A stretch of DNA of 64,000 bases from Candidatus Paceibacter sp. Its GTDB lineage: Bacteria; Patescibacteriota; Patescibacteriia; Magasanikbacterales; UBA922. Shown in pieces: positions 38,999 through 47,414 of the stretch. The notes under the pieces were generated by a model, which was given only the letters and a program-made list of their open reading frames with translations, made no database searches and had not been told where the DNA came from. Position 1 is the first letter of the stretch. Every line of letters begins with the position of its first letter. Location of the stretch: assembly GCA_020725175.1 (NCBI GenBank), contig DYFM01000007.1, positions 1,054 to 65,053 of the forward strand, written 5' to 3'. Position numbers and translations under genes: made by a program.

Positions 38999-39596
38999 TA
39001 TGCGAAAAGAGTTTTTACAAATTGCTAAAGAATTAGAGGAGCATGATCTTTGGTTTCGGGATGTGTTATCAAAAAAAACTACCATTCCAACAGAACAAGA
39101 AAGTTGGTCAGTGAGACGAGACGTAGCTCTTAAGCTGTATAAATTGGTACAAACGCATCGACCGAAACACATTCTTGAAGTAGGAACATCACTTGGGTTT
39201 TCGACCATATGGATCGCCGAAGCGACACGGGAATATGGTGGAATTGTGGATACGATTGAAGTGGAAGAATCAAAAGTAAAAAAAGCGAAGGAAACATTTT
39301 TGCGATTGGGATATGAGAACGTGTGTACACATCTTGGCGATTCACTACAGATTCTTTCTCGTTGGCAAAGACCGATTGACCTTCTGTTTCTCGACGCAAG
39401 AAAACGAGACTATGTGCATCAGTTACGCTTGGCTGAACAGCACTTTTCCAAGGGTGCAATTATCGTCGCTGATGACGTGACAGAATGGCGGCGGAAATTG
39501 GATGAATTTTTTGATTATTTGGATGGGAATGGTGCGTATAGATATGAGGTTTTGGGACTAGGACATGGATTGTTGGTTGGGAGGTTTTTGGGTTGA
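38973..39596 (+). CDS. Class I SAM-dependent O-methyltransferase (family 3 / TrmR-like)
   Basis: ILEVGTSLGFST (motif I), IDLLFLDARKRDY. Overlaps the mutY-like 3' end. Confidence 0.7.
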   Translation: MEIGYNYHDMRKEFLQIAKELEEHDLWFRDVLSKKTTIPTEQESWSVRRDVALKLYKLVQTHRPKHILEVGTSLGFSTIWIAEATREYGGIVDTIEVEESKVKKAKETFLRLGYENVCTHLGDSLQILSRWQRPIDLLFLDARKRDYVHQLRLAEQHFSKGAIIVADDVTEWRRKLDEFFDYLDGNGAYRYEVLGLGHGLLVGRFLG

Positions 39597-39683
39597 AAAG
39601 TGAGCTGTTTATGATATACTTAGGATGTGGTATCGATAAATCATCTGCTAGATGTTATCCGTAGCAGTGTTAATACTATTTTT

Positions 39684-40025
39684 ATGAAACTCCTCCTCCG
39701 CTGGTTCATCAGTGCTGCCACCCTCATGTTACTGGCTTTTTACTTGCCGGGAATTGGTGTGAGTGGTTGGTACGCGGCGTTTATTACCGCCCTCGTGTTG
39801 GGGTTGGTAAATGCCGTTATTCGCCCGGTTTTGGTGGTTTTGACCTTGCCGATAAATATTGTAACCTTGGGATTGTTTACGCTGGTGATCAATGGCTTAC
39901 TGTTTTGGTTTGTGGGGAGTGTGGTAGATGGATTTGAGGTTGCTGGTTTCTGGCCGGCATTTTGGGGTGCCCTTATCATGTCAATTGTGAGTTGGATGGT
40001 GGGGAGTTGGTTGAAAAAAGACTAG
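39684..40025 (+). CDS. Phage_holin_4_2 / DUF360 family membrane protein
   Basis: Four TM helices with GWYAAFITALVLGLVNAVIRPVL...GLFTLVINGLLFW, typical of the family. Confidence 0.5.
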   Translation: MKLLLRWFISAATLMLLAFYLPGIGVSGWYAAFITALVLGLVNAVIRPVLVVLTLPINIVTLGLFTLVINGLLFWFVGSVVDGFEVAGFWPAFWGALIMSIVSWMVGSWLKKD

Positions 40026-40333
40026 CTTCCGAATTTATGAATTACTCGAATATGGCGAATACCTGGAACATTCGTGGATTCGTAAATTTGTAGATTGCTG
40101 CCTGTCGGTAGGTACAGCGGATAAATGTTTATAGATTCGGAGTCAAAATTTGTAGTATGAAAAAATATTCTTCCAATCGAGCGCAAAAAGGAAAAACAGC
40201 TTATCGTACACCGAGTCGATTTAAGGTACAACAGTCGTTGTATCAAAAAATGGAAAGTGTGCAAACGGGAAAAAAGAAGCAATTATCTTATTATTCACAA
40301 AAGCAAAAACAATCGTAATATCTTTTATTATTT

Positions 40334-41026
40334 ATGGCACAACAATCAATAAAGATTTTATCAGTCGGAGGATCAATTATCATTCCCAAAACCGGTTTTG
40401 ATATTCCATTTTTAAAACAATTTCGTACATTAATTTTGTCGGAAATAAAAAAAGGTCAGAAGTTTATTATTACTATTGGAGGAGGGGCAACTTGTCGACA
40501 GTATCAAGAGGCCGCTCGACAGGTAAATCAACCAAACAACGAAGATTTGGATTGGATTGGTATTCACTCAACGATATTCAACGCGCAATTTGTGCGTTTT
40601 TTGTTTAAAGATGTTGCGCATAAAGATATTATCACTGATCCGACCAAAAAAATTAAAACTAACAAATCTTTGATTATCGCCGCTGGTTGGAAACCGGGGT
40701 GCTCGACTGATAATGATGCGGTATTGCTCGCCAAAACCTATGGCGCGAAAGAATTGTATAATCTTTCCAATATCGAACGAGTTTACGATAAAGATCCAAA
40801 TGTGTTTTCTGATGCTAAACCAATTGAGCAAATAGATTGGAAAACATTCCGAAAAGATATAGTAGGAAATGATTGGGATCCGGGAAAAAGCGCCCCATTT
40901 GATCCAATTGCTAGTAAAACTGCCGAAAAAATGAAGTTGCAGGTCAAAATTTTACAGGGGACAAATTTACCGGAAGTCCGAAAGGCTTTGGCTGGTAAAA
41001 AGTTTATTGGGACGATTATTGGTTAG
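40334..41026 (+). CDS. pyrH: Amino-acid-kinase-fold protein, most like archaeal-type UMP kinase
   Basis: ILSVGGSII, ITIGGGATCRQY, IAAGWKPGCSTDNDAVLLA. ~230 aa fits archaeal-type PyrH. Confidence 0.5.
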   Translation: MAQQSIKILSVGGSIIIPKTGFDIPFLKQFRTLILSEIKKGQKFIITIGGGATCRQYQEAARQVNQPNNEDLDWIGIHSTIFNAQFVRFLFKDVAHKDIITDPTKKIKTNKSLIIAAGWKPGCSTDNDAVLLAKTYGAKELYNLSNIERVYDKDPNVFSDAKPIEQIDWKTFRKDIVGNDWDPGKSAPFDPIASKTAEKMKLQVKILQGTNLPEVRKALAGKKFIGTIIG

Positions 41027-41040
41027 AAATGATACCATAT

Positions 41041-41110
41041 AGCTCAGGTCTTCAGGCCTGTGGTCTCATGGTAAGGTGAAAGTAAGTGTTCAGGCCTGAA
41101 GCCTTGAGCT
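41041..41110 (+). other. Long imperfect hairpin (20-bp arms AGCTCAGGTCTTCAGGCCTG / CAGGCCTGAAGCCTTGAGCT, 30-nt loop) downstream of the pyrH-like gene. Possible terminator or structured RNA element.
   Basis: Read directly. Confidence 0.35.
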
Positions 41111-41175
41111 GCGTGTTTCTTTATTACTTGATAATTTCATAGAACAGAGTTATAGTAACCCTATAACTCTTTTGT

Positions 41176-42279
41176 ATGTCGGAATCTCGATATCAGTTGT
41201 ATTCAAGTACCAAAGAGGCCTGGGAAGGTCTTTTTTCTGCTATCCAAAGTGCAAAAAAAAGCATCTATTGGGAGTTGTATATCTTTCTCGATGATGAGAT
41301 TGGAACGAAATTTTTTGATGTTCTTGAAGAAAAATCTCGAGCAGGTGTTGATGTGAAATTAATCGTAGATTCACTGGGAAGCTTTTGGATCCCGAGAAAG
41401 CGCGTGCAGTCGTTGAAAGAAAGTGGTGTTGATATTCACTTTTTTTATGATCGAACGAAGCGGATTCGTAGTTGGTGGAAAAGAATCTGGCACCGAACCC
41501 ATCGTAAGGTACTCATTGTTGATGAGCAGATAGGATTTATCGGTGGAGTAAATATAGATAAAAACATGGAAGACTGGCCGGACCTGCAAATTCGGATGGA
41601 AGGGCAGATAGTTCGTACGCTTCTTCGGTTTTTTGCCAAATCGTACATTATCTGCGGCGGACATCGAGAAAAAGTAGCACGGTTACTCAAGTACAAGTAT
41701 CGGGTAAAACATGCTGCCGACGGAGTGGAGTTAGTTTTTGATAAAGCCGGGAGTAGACGCTCAAAAGCCAGACAGCTCTACACCAATGCGCTGTTGAAAG
41801 CGAGAGAACGAGTGATTCTTTTTTCACCGTACTATGTGCCGGACAGAAAATTTTTGTATGCACTGTGGCAGGCGAGAAAACGAGGGGTACGGGTGGATTT
41901 TCTTATTCCGTTTCGGAGTGATTTACGGATTGTGACCTACGCAGCCTATGGTTTTTTTTCTCTCATGCAACGATATGGCGTACATATACACTTATCTGAT
42001 AAAATGATCCATGGAAAAGGGGTAGTGGTGGATGATGAATGGGCGATGATTGGGAGTAGTAATTTGGAATACACCAGCTTCAATGACAATTACGAGGCAA
42101 ATGTGAAGCTGTCTGATAAGCAGTTGGTGAAACAGCTCAAAGAAAAAATTAGCGAATGGTTTCGCTATACTCGTCCGTTTGATCAAGAGAAGTGGAAAAA
42201 AAGAAGTTGGCTCCATCGCGTAAAAGAAGTGGTAGCGATGTGGCTGTACCGTTTGTGGCACTGGCGAGCGAAAGAGTGA
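41176..42279 (+). CDS. Phospholipase D-like (cardiolipin synthase family) protein with two HKD motifs
   Basis: HRKVLIVDEQIGFIGGVN and HGKGVVVDDEWAMIGSSN. Confidence 0.75.
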   Translation: MSESRYQLYSSTKEAWEGLFSAIQSAKKSIYWELYIFLDDEIGTKFFDVLEEKSRAGVDVKLIVDSLGSFWIPRKRVQSLKESGVDIHFFYDRTKRIRSWWKRIWHRTHRKVLIVDEQIGFIGGVNIDKNMEDWPDLQIRMEGQIVRTLLRFFAKSYIICGGHREKVARLLKYKYRVKHAADGVELVFDKAGSRRSKARQLYTNALLKARERVILFSPYYVPDRKFLYALWQARKRGVRVDFLIPFRSDLRIVTYAAYGFFSLMQRYGVHIHLSDKMIHGKGVVVDDEWAMIGSSNLEYTSFNDNYEANVKLSDKQLVKQLKEKISEWFRYTRPFDQEKWKKRSWLHRVKEVVAMWLYRLWHWRAKE

Positions 42280-42305
42280 TGTGATGAACAGTGAACAGTG
42301 AAATT

Positions 42306-42722
42306 CTATTCAAGGTCTGGTAGGATGGAGAGGAAAAACTTTTTATCTTTTCGATGTGTCAAGAGGTCGGCAACATCTTCTTTTTTTACCCATCGAGCCT
42401 CAGGGTTATATGGATCGCGTGGTTGGAGCTCCATTTGGTTCGTCCGAAAGAGAAACATGGTAATTTTCTTTTTAGGGTGCTTCGTGTCATCGCCTCCGTC
42501 TAGTGCGGTTCCATATCGTTCATACTCACCCAGTTTTTTTATGAAATCCAGTTGTGAAACTCCTGTTTCTTCAAAAATTTCTCGTTTGGCTGCTTCGAGA
42601 CTTTCTTCACCCGGATCAATACCTCCTTTGGGGAGTGACCAGCTAGTTCTTTTTTGATTTACTACAAGTACCTCTTGTTTTTCATTGAGTACCACCCCTC
42701 CTGCTGTCAGTCTTAATTCCAT
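42306..42722 (-). CDS. NUDIX hydrolase
   Basis: Nudix box GGIDPGEESLEAAKREIFEETG. Confidence 0.7.
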   Translation of the reverse strand: MELRLTAGGVVLNEKQEVLVVNQKRTSWSLPKGGIDPGEESLEAAKREIFEETGVSQLDFIKKLGEYERYGTALDGGDDTKHPKKKITMFLFRTNQMELQPRDPYNPEARWVKKEDVADLLTHRKDKKFFLSILPDLE

Positions 42723-42727
42723 AGTTG

Positions 42728-43165
42728 TTACATTTTTTGAAGGGTAATCGTTCTTTCTTGTTCGGCGATGTGCTCAAAATATACGTTTATCACTTGTTTG
42801 TTTATAAGTAGCTCTTGTATTTTTTCCGGCCATTCAATGAAGCAAATCGTATCCTTTTTTCCTAGATAATCTTCAATCCCGATATCTATCAAATCTTCTT
42901 CGTTTTCTAATCGATATGTATCAACATGAATTATGTTTAGGATATCAGATTTAGGATTTTTGATTTCGTAAGCGTTCATGAGGGTGAAGGTGGGGCTGAC
43001 AACATCATCTGTTATACCAAATGCTTCTGCAATGCCTTTCACAAACGTTGTTTTTCCGGCCCCAAGATCGCCATGAAGTAATACAATATCTCCACCGGTT
43101 AATGTGGAAGCAAATTCCTGGGCAATTTTTTTGGTTTGTTCGGGGGAATTGGTGGTGTGGGGCAT
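42728..43165 (-). CDS. tsaE: tRNA threonylcarbamoyladenosine biosynthesis protein TsaE
   Basis: P-loop GDLGAGKTTFVKGIAEAFG and a 145-aa YjeE-like layout. Confidence 0.8.
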   Translation of the reverse strand: MPHTTNSPEQTKKIAQEFASTLTGGDIVLLHGDLGAGKTTFVKGIAEAFGITDDVVSPTFTLMNAYEIKNPKSDILNIIHVDTYRLENEEDLIDIGIEDYLGKKDTICFIEWPEKIQELLINKQVINVYFEHIAEQERTITLQKM

Positions 43166-43215
43166 ATTTTATGATATTCTACTCGGCTTTAGTCGAGGTT
43201 TGGTTGACCTTTAGG

Positions 43216-43611
43216 TCATAAACTTTTAACAGCCAGCTCCTTAAAGCCCGTTGAACTATCTTGTTGACGGGAAAAAATGAAAGAATCTATTTCACCGATG
43301 ACAATTTCCGCTGTTGTGTAAACAATGCAACCTCCTTTCATGTGACCACCAATTGTATTCCCTTTTTCATCAGATAACGAAACATGAAGATGACAACCCT
43401 CGGGCGAAAGTGTGCCAACGAGTGAGACTATTTCAAATTTTTGTTCAAAAGTCTTTGTGATATTTTCATCAGCCAGACGAAGTGTGGCTTTTGTAAGACT
43501 TCCGACGCAGGTGAGAATAACTCCAGCTTTAATACCATGTTCATTGACAAAGTGAACTATTGTTTCCTTCAAATCCTGCTCTGGCAAAAGACGGAAAGCG
43601 TGATACCTCAT
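43216..43611 (-). CDS. PPC (DUF296) domain protein
   Basis: GxxH pattern IGGHMKGGCIVYTTAEIVI and overall DUF296 size. Confidence 0.55.
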   Translation of the reverse strand: MRYHAFRLLPEQDLKETIVHFVNEHGIKAGVILTCVGSLTKATLRLADENITKTFEQKFEIVSLVGTLSPEGCHLHVSLSDEKGNTIGGHMKGGCIVYTTAEIVIGEIDSFIFSRQQDSSTGFKELAVKSL

Positions 43612-43671
43612 ATTTTTTGATTAATTTTGACCTAAAGGTCAGTGAACCTCGGCTAAAGCAGAGTAGAATGA

Positions 43672-44943
43672 TTATGATGGCAACAGAAATGAGCCACACA
43701 TTTCCTTCACCTCTGCATGAATTGTGTTCAACGTCGTATCATCACCAACACTCTGTAACGCTCGATCAATAAAACCGGCAATTGTTTTCATTTCAGATTC
43801 CTTCATTCCACGAGTTGTTAGTGCCGGAGTGCCAAGCCGAATTCCTGATGGGTCAAAGGGTTTTCTGGGATCATGAGGAACGGTATTTTTGTTTACTGTT
43901 ATACCGGCTTTTCCGAGTGCCAATTCAGCTTGGGTGCCAGTAATTTGTTTGTTGGTCAAATTTATCAGCATGAGATGTGTTTCTGTACCGCCGGTGACCA
44001 GGTTGTAGCCTTTTGTCATAAGTTCTTCTGCAAGTACTTTGGCATTGGTGACTACTTGCTCAGCATAAACTTTAAACTCTGGCTGCATAGCTTCTTTTAG
44101 AGCTACGGCAATAGCGGCTGTTTGGTGGTTGTGTGGACCACCTTGGATTCCAGGAATAATGGCTCGGTCTACCAGAGTCGGAATATTCTCTTTGGTGCGT
44201 TCTACTGACTGGAGTGGGGTAGATGGGTTACCATTGGCAAGAATAATCGCACCACGAGGCCCACGGAGTGTTTTGTGGGTCGTGGTAGTAACCACATCAG
44301 CAATACCAACCGGATTTGGATGAACTCCACCAGCCACTAGTCCGGCAACGTGGCTCATGTCAGCCAGTAAAAACGCACCAACTTCGTCGGCAATTTCTTT
44401 GTACTTTGCCCATTCATAAGTACGAGCATAGGCACTACCGCCGGCAACGATAAGTTTTGGCTTGTGTTCGAGAGCTAGTCGGCGCATTTCGTCGATATCA
44501 ATATAACCATCTTCTCGACAGCCATATTGAATACTGTTAAAAAAGGTTCCAGAAAAATTGACCTTGAGTCCGTGGGTCATGTGTCCGCCGTGGTACAGTT
44601 TGAGTCCCATAAGAGTATCTCCCGGATTCAGTAGTGCAACATATACTGCAATATTTGCTGGACAACCCGAATGTGGTTGAACATTGGCGTGCGTTGCACC
44701 AAAAAGCTGTTTGGCCCGATCGCGCGCCAGGTTTTCTACTACGTCAACATTTTCGCAACCGCCATAGTAACGCATGCCCGGATAACCTTCGGAATATTTA
44801 TCGGTTAGTCGTGAGCCAAGTGCTTCGAGTACTGCTTGGGACGTATGATTTTCGGAGGGGATCATTTCTAGTCCTTCGGATTGGCGAGTGATTTCTTTTT
44901 GGATGAGATTATATATTTCTGGATCTTTTTGTTGTAAATTCAT
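43672..44943 (-). CDS. glyA: Serine hydroxymethyltransferase
   Basis: PLP-lysine motif [23 protein letters not shown]-equivalent N-terminus, 423 aa. Confidence 0.95.
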   Translation of the reverse strand: MNLQQKDPEIYNLIQKEITRQSEGLEMIPSENHTSQAVLEALGSRLTDKYSEGYPGMRYYGGCENVDVVENLARDRAKQLFGATHANVQPHSGCPANIAVYVALLNPGDTLMGLKLYHGGHMTHGLKVNFSGTFFNSIQYGCREDGYIDIDEMRRLALEHKPKLIVAGGSAYARTYEWAKYKEIADEVGAFLLADMSHVAGLVAGGVHPNPVGIADVVTTTTHKTLRGPRGAIILANGNPSTPLQSVERTKENIPTLVDRAIIPGIQGGPHNHQTAAIAVALKEAMQPEFKVYAEQVVTNAKVLAEELMTKGYNLVTGGTETHLMLINLTNKQITGTQAELALGKAGITVNKNTVPHDPRKPFDPSGIRLGTPALTTRGMKESEMKTIAGFIDRALQSVGDDTTLNTIHAEVKEMCGSFLLPS

Positions 44944-44963
44944 ATGGGTAAAATAAAATAGAC

Positions 44964-45063
44964 CACGCCTGCCCGCCTTGGGAGGGGATTAAACGGATTG
45001 AACGAATCAAGACGGATCCGTTAGAATCCGTTTTATTCGTCTAATCCGAAGTCTATTTAAATT
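44964..45063. repeat. Composite repeat: family A core (CACGCCTGCCCGCCTTGGG) joined to a family B cargo-less element (GGATTAAACGGATTGAACG...AATCCGTTTTATTCGTCTAATCCGAAG)
   Basis: The first ~45 bp are the reverse complement of 53545-53586. The right end matches the right inverted repeat of the 21643-22095 cassette. Confidence 0.6.
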
Positions 45064-45113
45064 CTAAGGACTCGAAAATCATAAAGTATTTTTATATTCT
45101 TCAATAACCGCCT

Positions 45114-45491
45114 TCACATTCGGTGCTGAGTCTTCCGGTAAATTATCAATATCAAACCAATCCCATCCCATTCAACAATATTTGCACCCGGAGTCACTTC
45201 GCCAATTCTGTTCGCAAGGTAATGTATCAAAATTGCAATTTTGTCTGGTGTATCCGGTCTGTATACCAACATTGGTTTTAGTGGTCTCAAAATTTCTACC
45301 TCAAGTCCCATTTCTTCCATTACTTCGCGTTTGCAGGCTTCTTCAAGAGAAATATCAAACCGCTCAACCTCTCCACCAGGAAACAGCCAGGGTGTGATAC
45401 CGTTTGGTTTTTGTTCTTTGTTGAGTAGAACTTTATTATTCTCAACAATAACCGGTCCGGAGGCGATGATGGAGTTTGGGGGGAGGATCAT
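45114..45491 (-). CDS. NUDIX hydrolase
   Basis: Nudix box GGEVERFDISLEEACKREVMEEMG. Confidence 0.65.
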   Translation of the reverse strand: MILPPNSIIASGPVIVENNKVLLNKEQKPNGITPWLFPGGEVERFDISLEEACKREVMEEMGLEVEILRPLKPMLVYRPDTPDKIAILIHYLANRIGEVTPGANIVEWDGIGLILIIYRKTQHRM

Positions 45492-45510
45492 GTGTTGAAA
45501 GACAAAAGTT

Positions 45511-45568
45511 ATAAGTCTAAAGTTCTGCAATTGTTACGGCTGACTTATGACTTTAGACTTTAGACTCA
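45511..45568. promoter_or_regulatory. TTTAGACT direct repeats with a partner inverted copy (ATAAGTCTAAAG ... GACTTATGACTTTAGACTTTAGACT), 25 nt upstream of rarA
   Basis: Read directly. The same CTTTAGACTTTAGACT motif recurs at 59671-59708. Confidence 0.4.
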
Positions 45569-45592
45569 GTTTATTTACATCATTTCACACCC

Positions 45593-46882
45593 ATGATACC
45601 ATGGAACTATTCCTCTGACAAACAACTTATGAACAGTCTAAAATTAGCCAAAAATCACGTTCCTTTAGCCGATCGGATGCGACCGAGGAATTTTGCTGAA
45701 TTTGTGGGGCAAGAAGAGATCGTGGGAGAAGGAAAATTGCTGCGGCGTTTGATTGAGCAGGGTACATTGCGTTCTGTTATCTTTTGGGGGCCTCCTGGAA
45801 CAGGAAAGACAACTCTAGCCAATATTATTGCTCATGAAACTGAATCACAGTTTGTATCTTTGTCGGCGGTTACTGATGGCAAAAAAGACTTGTTGAGGGT
45901 TGTTAAAGATGCTGAAGAACTACTAAAAACAGGGGGTAAAAAAACTATCCTTTTTATTGACGAAATCCATCGCTGGAGCAAAGCTCAGCAAGATGCTCTA
46001 TTACCTTACGTGGAAAAGGGGATTGTGACGCTGGTTGGGGCGACGACTGAGAATCCATCGTTTGAAATCATTGGAGCGTTGTTGTCTCGTTCACAAGTGT
46101 TTATTTTAAAGCATTTGGATGAAAAACATCTTACACAATTAATTCAGAACGCACTCGAAGATAAAGAACGAGGGGTAAAGAAAGATAGTGATATCAATAT
46201 CGATATCAATACGGAGACTATTGAGTTGTTGGCTGGCCTGTCTGGTGGCGATGCTCGTCAGGCATTGAATGCGCTCGAGATTGCGGTGTTGTCAAAAGTG
46301 AATGTTCAGACAAAGAAGTCTATTTATATCGCTAAAGATGATATAAAAGAGGCATTACAAAGAACACATTTGGTGTTCGATAAAAAAGGGGAGGAATTTT
46401 ATAATCTTATTTCGGCATTGCACAAATCCATGCGGGGGTCTGATGCAAGTGCATCATTGTACTGGCTTGCTCGGATGTTGGAAGGTGGGGCAGATCCGCT
46501 ATATGTTGCTCGGCGGGTGCTTCGGTTTGCGAGTGAGGATATTGGTATGGCAAATAGTGAAGCAATGATTCAGGCCAACGCGGCGTATGATGCTTGTCAT
46601 AAACTTGGGATGCCGGAGTGTGCTGTTCATCTTGCACAAGCCGTGGTTTATTGTGCAAAATCAAAAAAATCAAATGTGCTATACACTGCGTATGGAAAAG
46701 CTGCTCGGGATGCCAAGGAAACTTCGCACTTAGGTGTTCCGTTGCATCTGCGAAATGCACCGACAAAATTTATGAAGGATATTGGATATGGAAAGGACTA
46801 TAAGTATAATCCGGATTTTAATGAGCCGGTGGAGCAGGATTATTTGCCGGAAGATTTAAAAGGTAAAGATTATTTGTCGTAG
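45593..46882 (+). CDS. rarA: Replication-associated recombination protein A (AAA+ ATPase RarA/MgsA)
   Basis: Walker A GPPGTGKTTLA, Walker B ILFIDEIHR, sensor/arginine-finger blocks, C-terminal MgsA helical domain. Confidence 0.85.
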   Translation: MIPWNYSSDKQLMNSLKLAKNHVPLADRMRPRNFAEFVGQEEIVGEGKLLRRLIEQGTLRSVIFWGPPGTGKTTLANIIAHETESQFVSLSAVTDGKKDLLRVVKDAEELLKTGGKKTILFIDEIHRWSKAQQDALLPYVEKGIVTLVGATTENPSFEIIGALLSRSQVFILKHLDEKHLTQLIQNALEDKERGVKKDSDINIDINTETIELLAGLSGGDARQALNALEIAVLSKVNVQTKKSIYIAKDDIKEALQRTHLVFDKKGEEFYNLISALHKSMRGSDASASLYWLARMLEGGADPLYVARRVLRFASEDIGMANSEAMIQANAAYDACHKLGMPECAVHLAQAVVYCAKSKKSNVLYTAYGKAARDAKETSHLGVPLHLRNAPTKFMKDIGYGKDYKYNPDFNEPVEQDYLPEDLKGKDYLS

Positions 46883-46883
46883 T

Positions 46884-47414
46884 ATGAAAAAGTTCCTCCT
46901 TCACGTCTGTTGCGGACCGTGCAGTATCATTATTCTACAAGAACTTCAAAAACAGTATGATCTCACTGTTCATTTTTATAATCCCAACATTCACCCTCGA
47001 GAAGAATACGATATTCGCCGAGATGAGTTGGTTGCATTATGTGAAGAAATGAAGATCCCGGTGGTTGAGGAAGAATACAATGTTGATGAATGGTTTAGGA
47101 GGACGAAGGGCTTGGAAGAAGAGTCTGAAGGTGGAAAGCGTTGTCGAGTTTGTTTTCACATGCGTCTTGATCGGGTGGCTCGGTATGCCAAGGAACATGA
47201 TTTTGATTTGTTTAGTACCAGCCTGACCATGGGGCGAAATAAAAAAGCGGAGGTCATCAATCCCCTTGGCATTGCTTTAGGAAAAGCACATGGGGTTGAA
47301 TTTTATGTTGAAAACTGGAAGAAAAAGGGGAGAATCGATCTGGCGACTGCTATTACGAAAGAACGAGGGATGTATCGGCAGGAGTATTGTGGTTGTGTGT
47401 ATTCAGATAAGTAG
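46884..47414 (+). CDS. queH: Epoxyqueuosine reductase QueH (DUF208)
   Basis: LLHVCCGPCS, CRVCFHMRL and C-terminal YCGCVYS cysteine motifs. Confidence 0.75.
   Translation: MKKFLLHVCCGPCSIIILQELQKQYDLTVHFYNPNIHPREEYDIRRDELVALCEEMKIPVVEEEYNVDEWFRRTKGLEEESEGGKRCRVCFHMRLDRVARYAKEHDFDLFSTSLTMGRNKKAEVINPLGIALGKAHGVEFYVENWKKKGRIDLATAITKERGMYRQEYCGCVYSDK

Noticed and set aside
40022-40282. 86-aa minus-strand ORF in the holin/pyrH intergenic region
   Set aside because: It overlaps family C repeat motifs, has a low-complexity composition and no motif.
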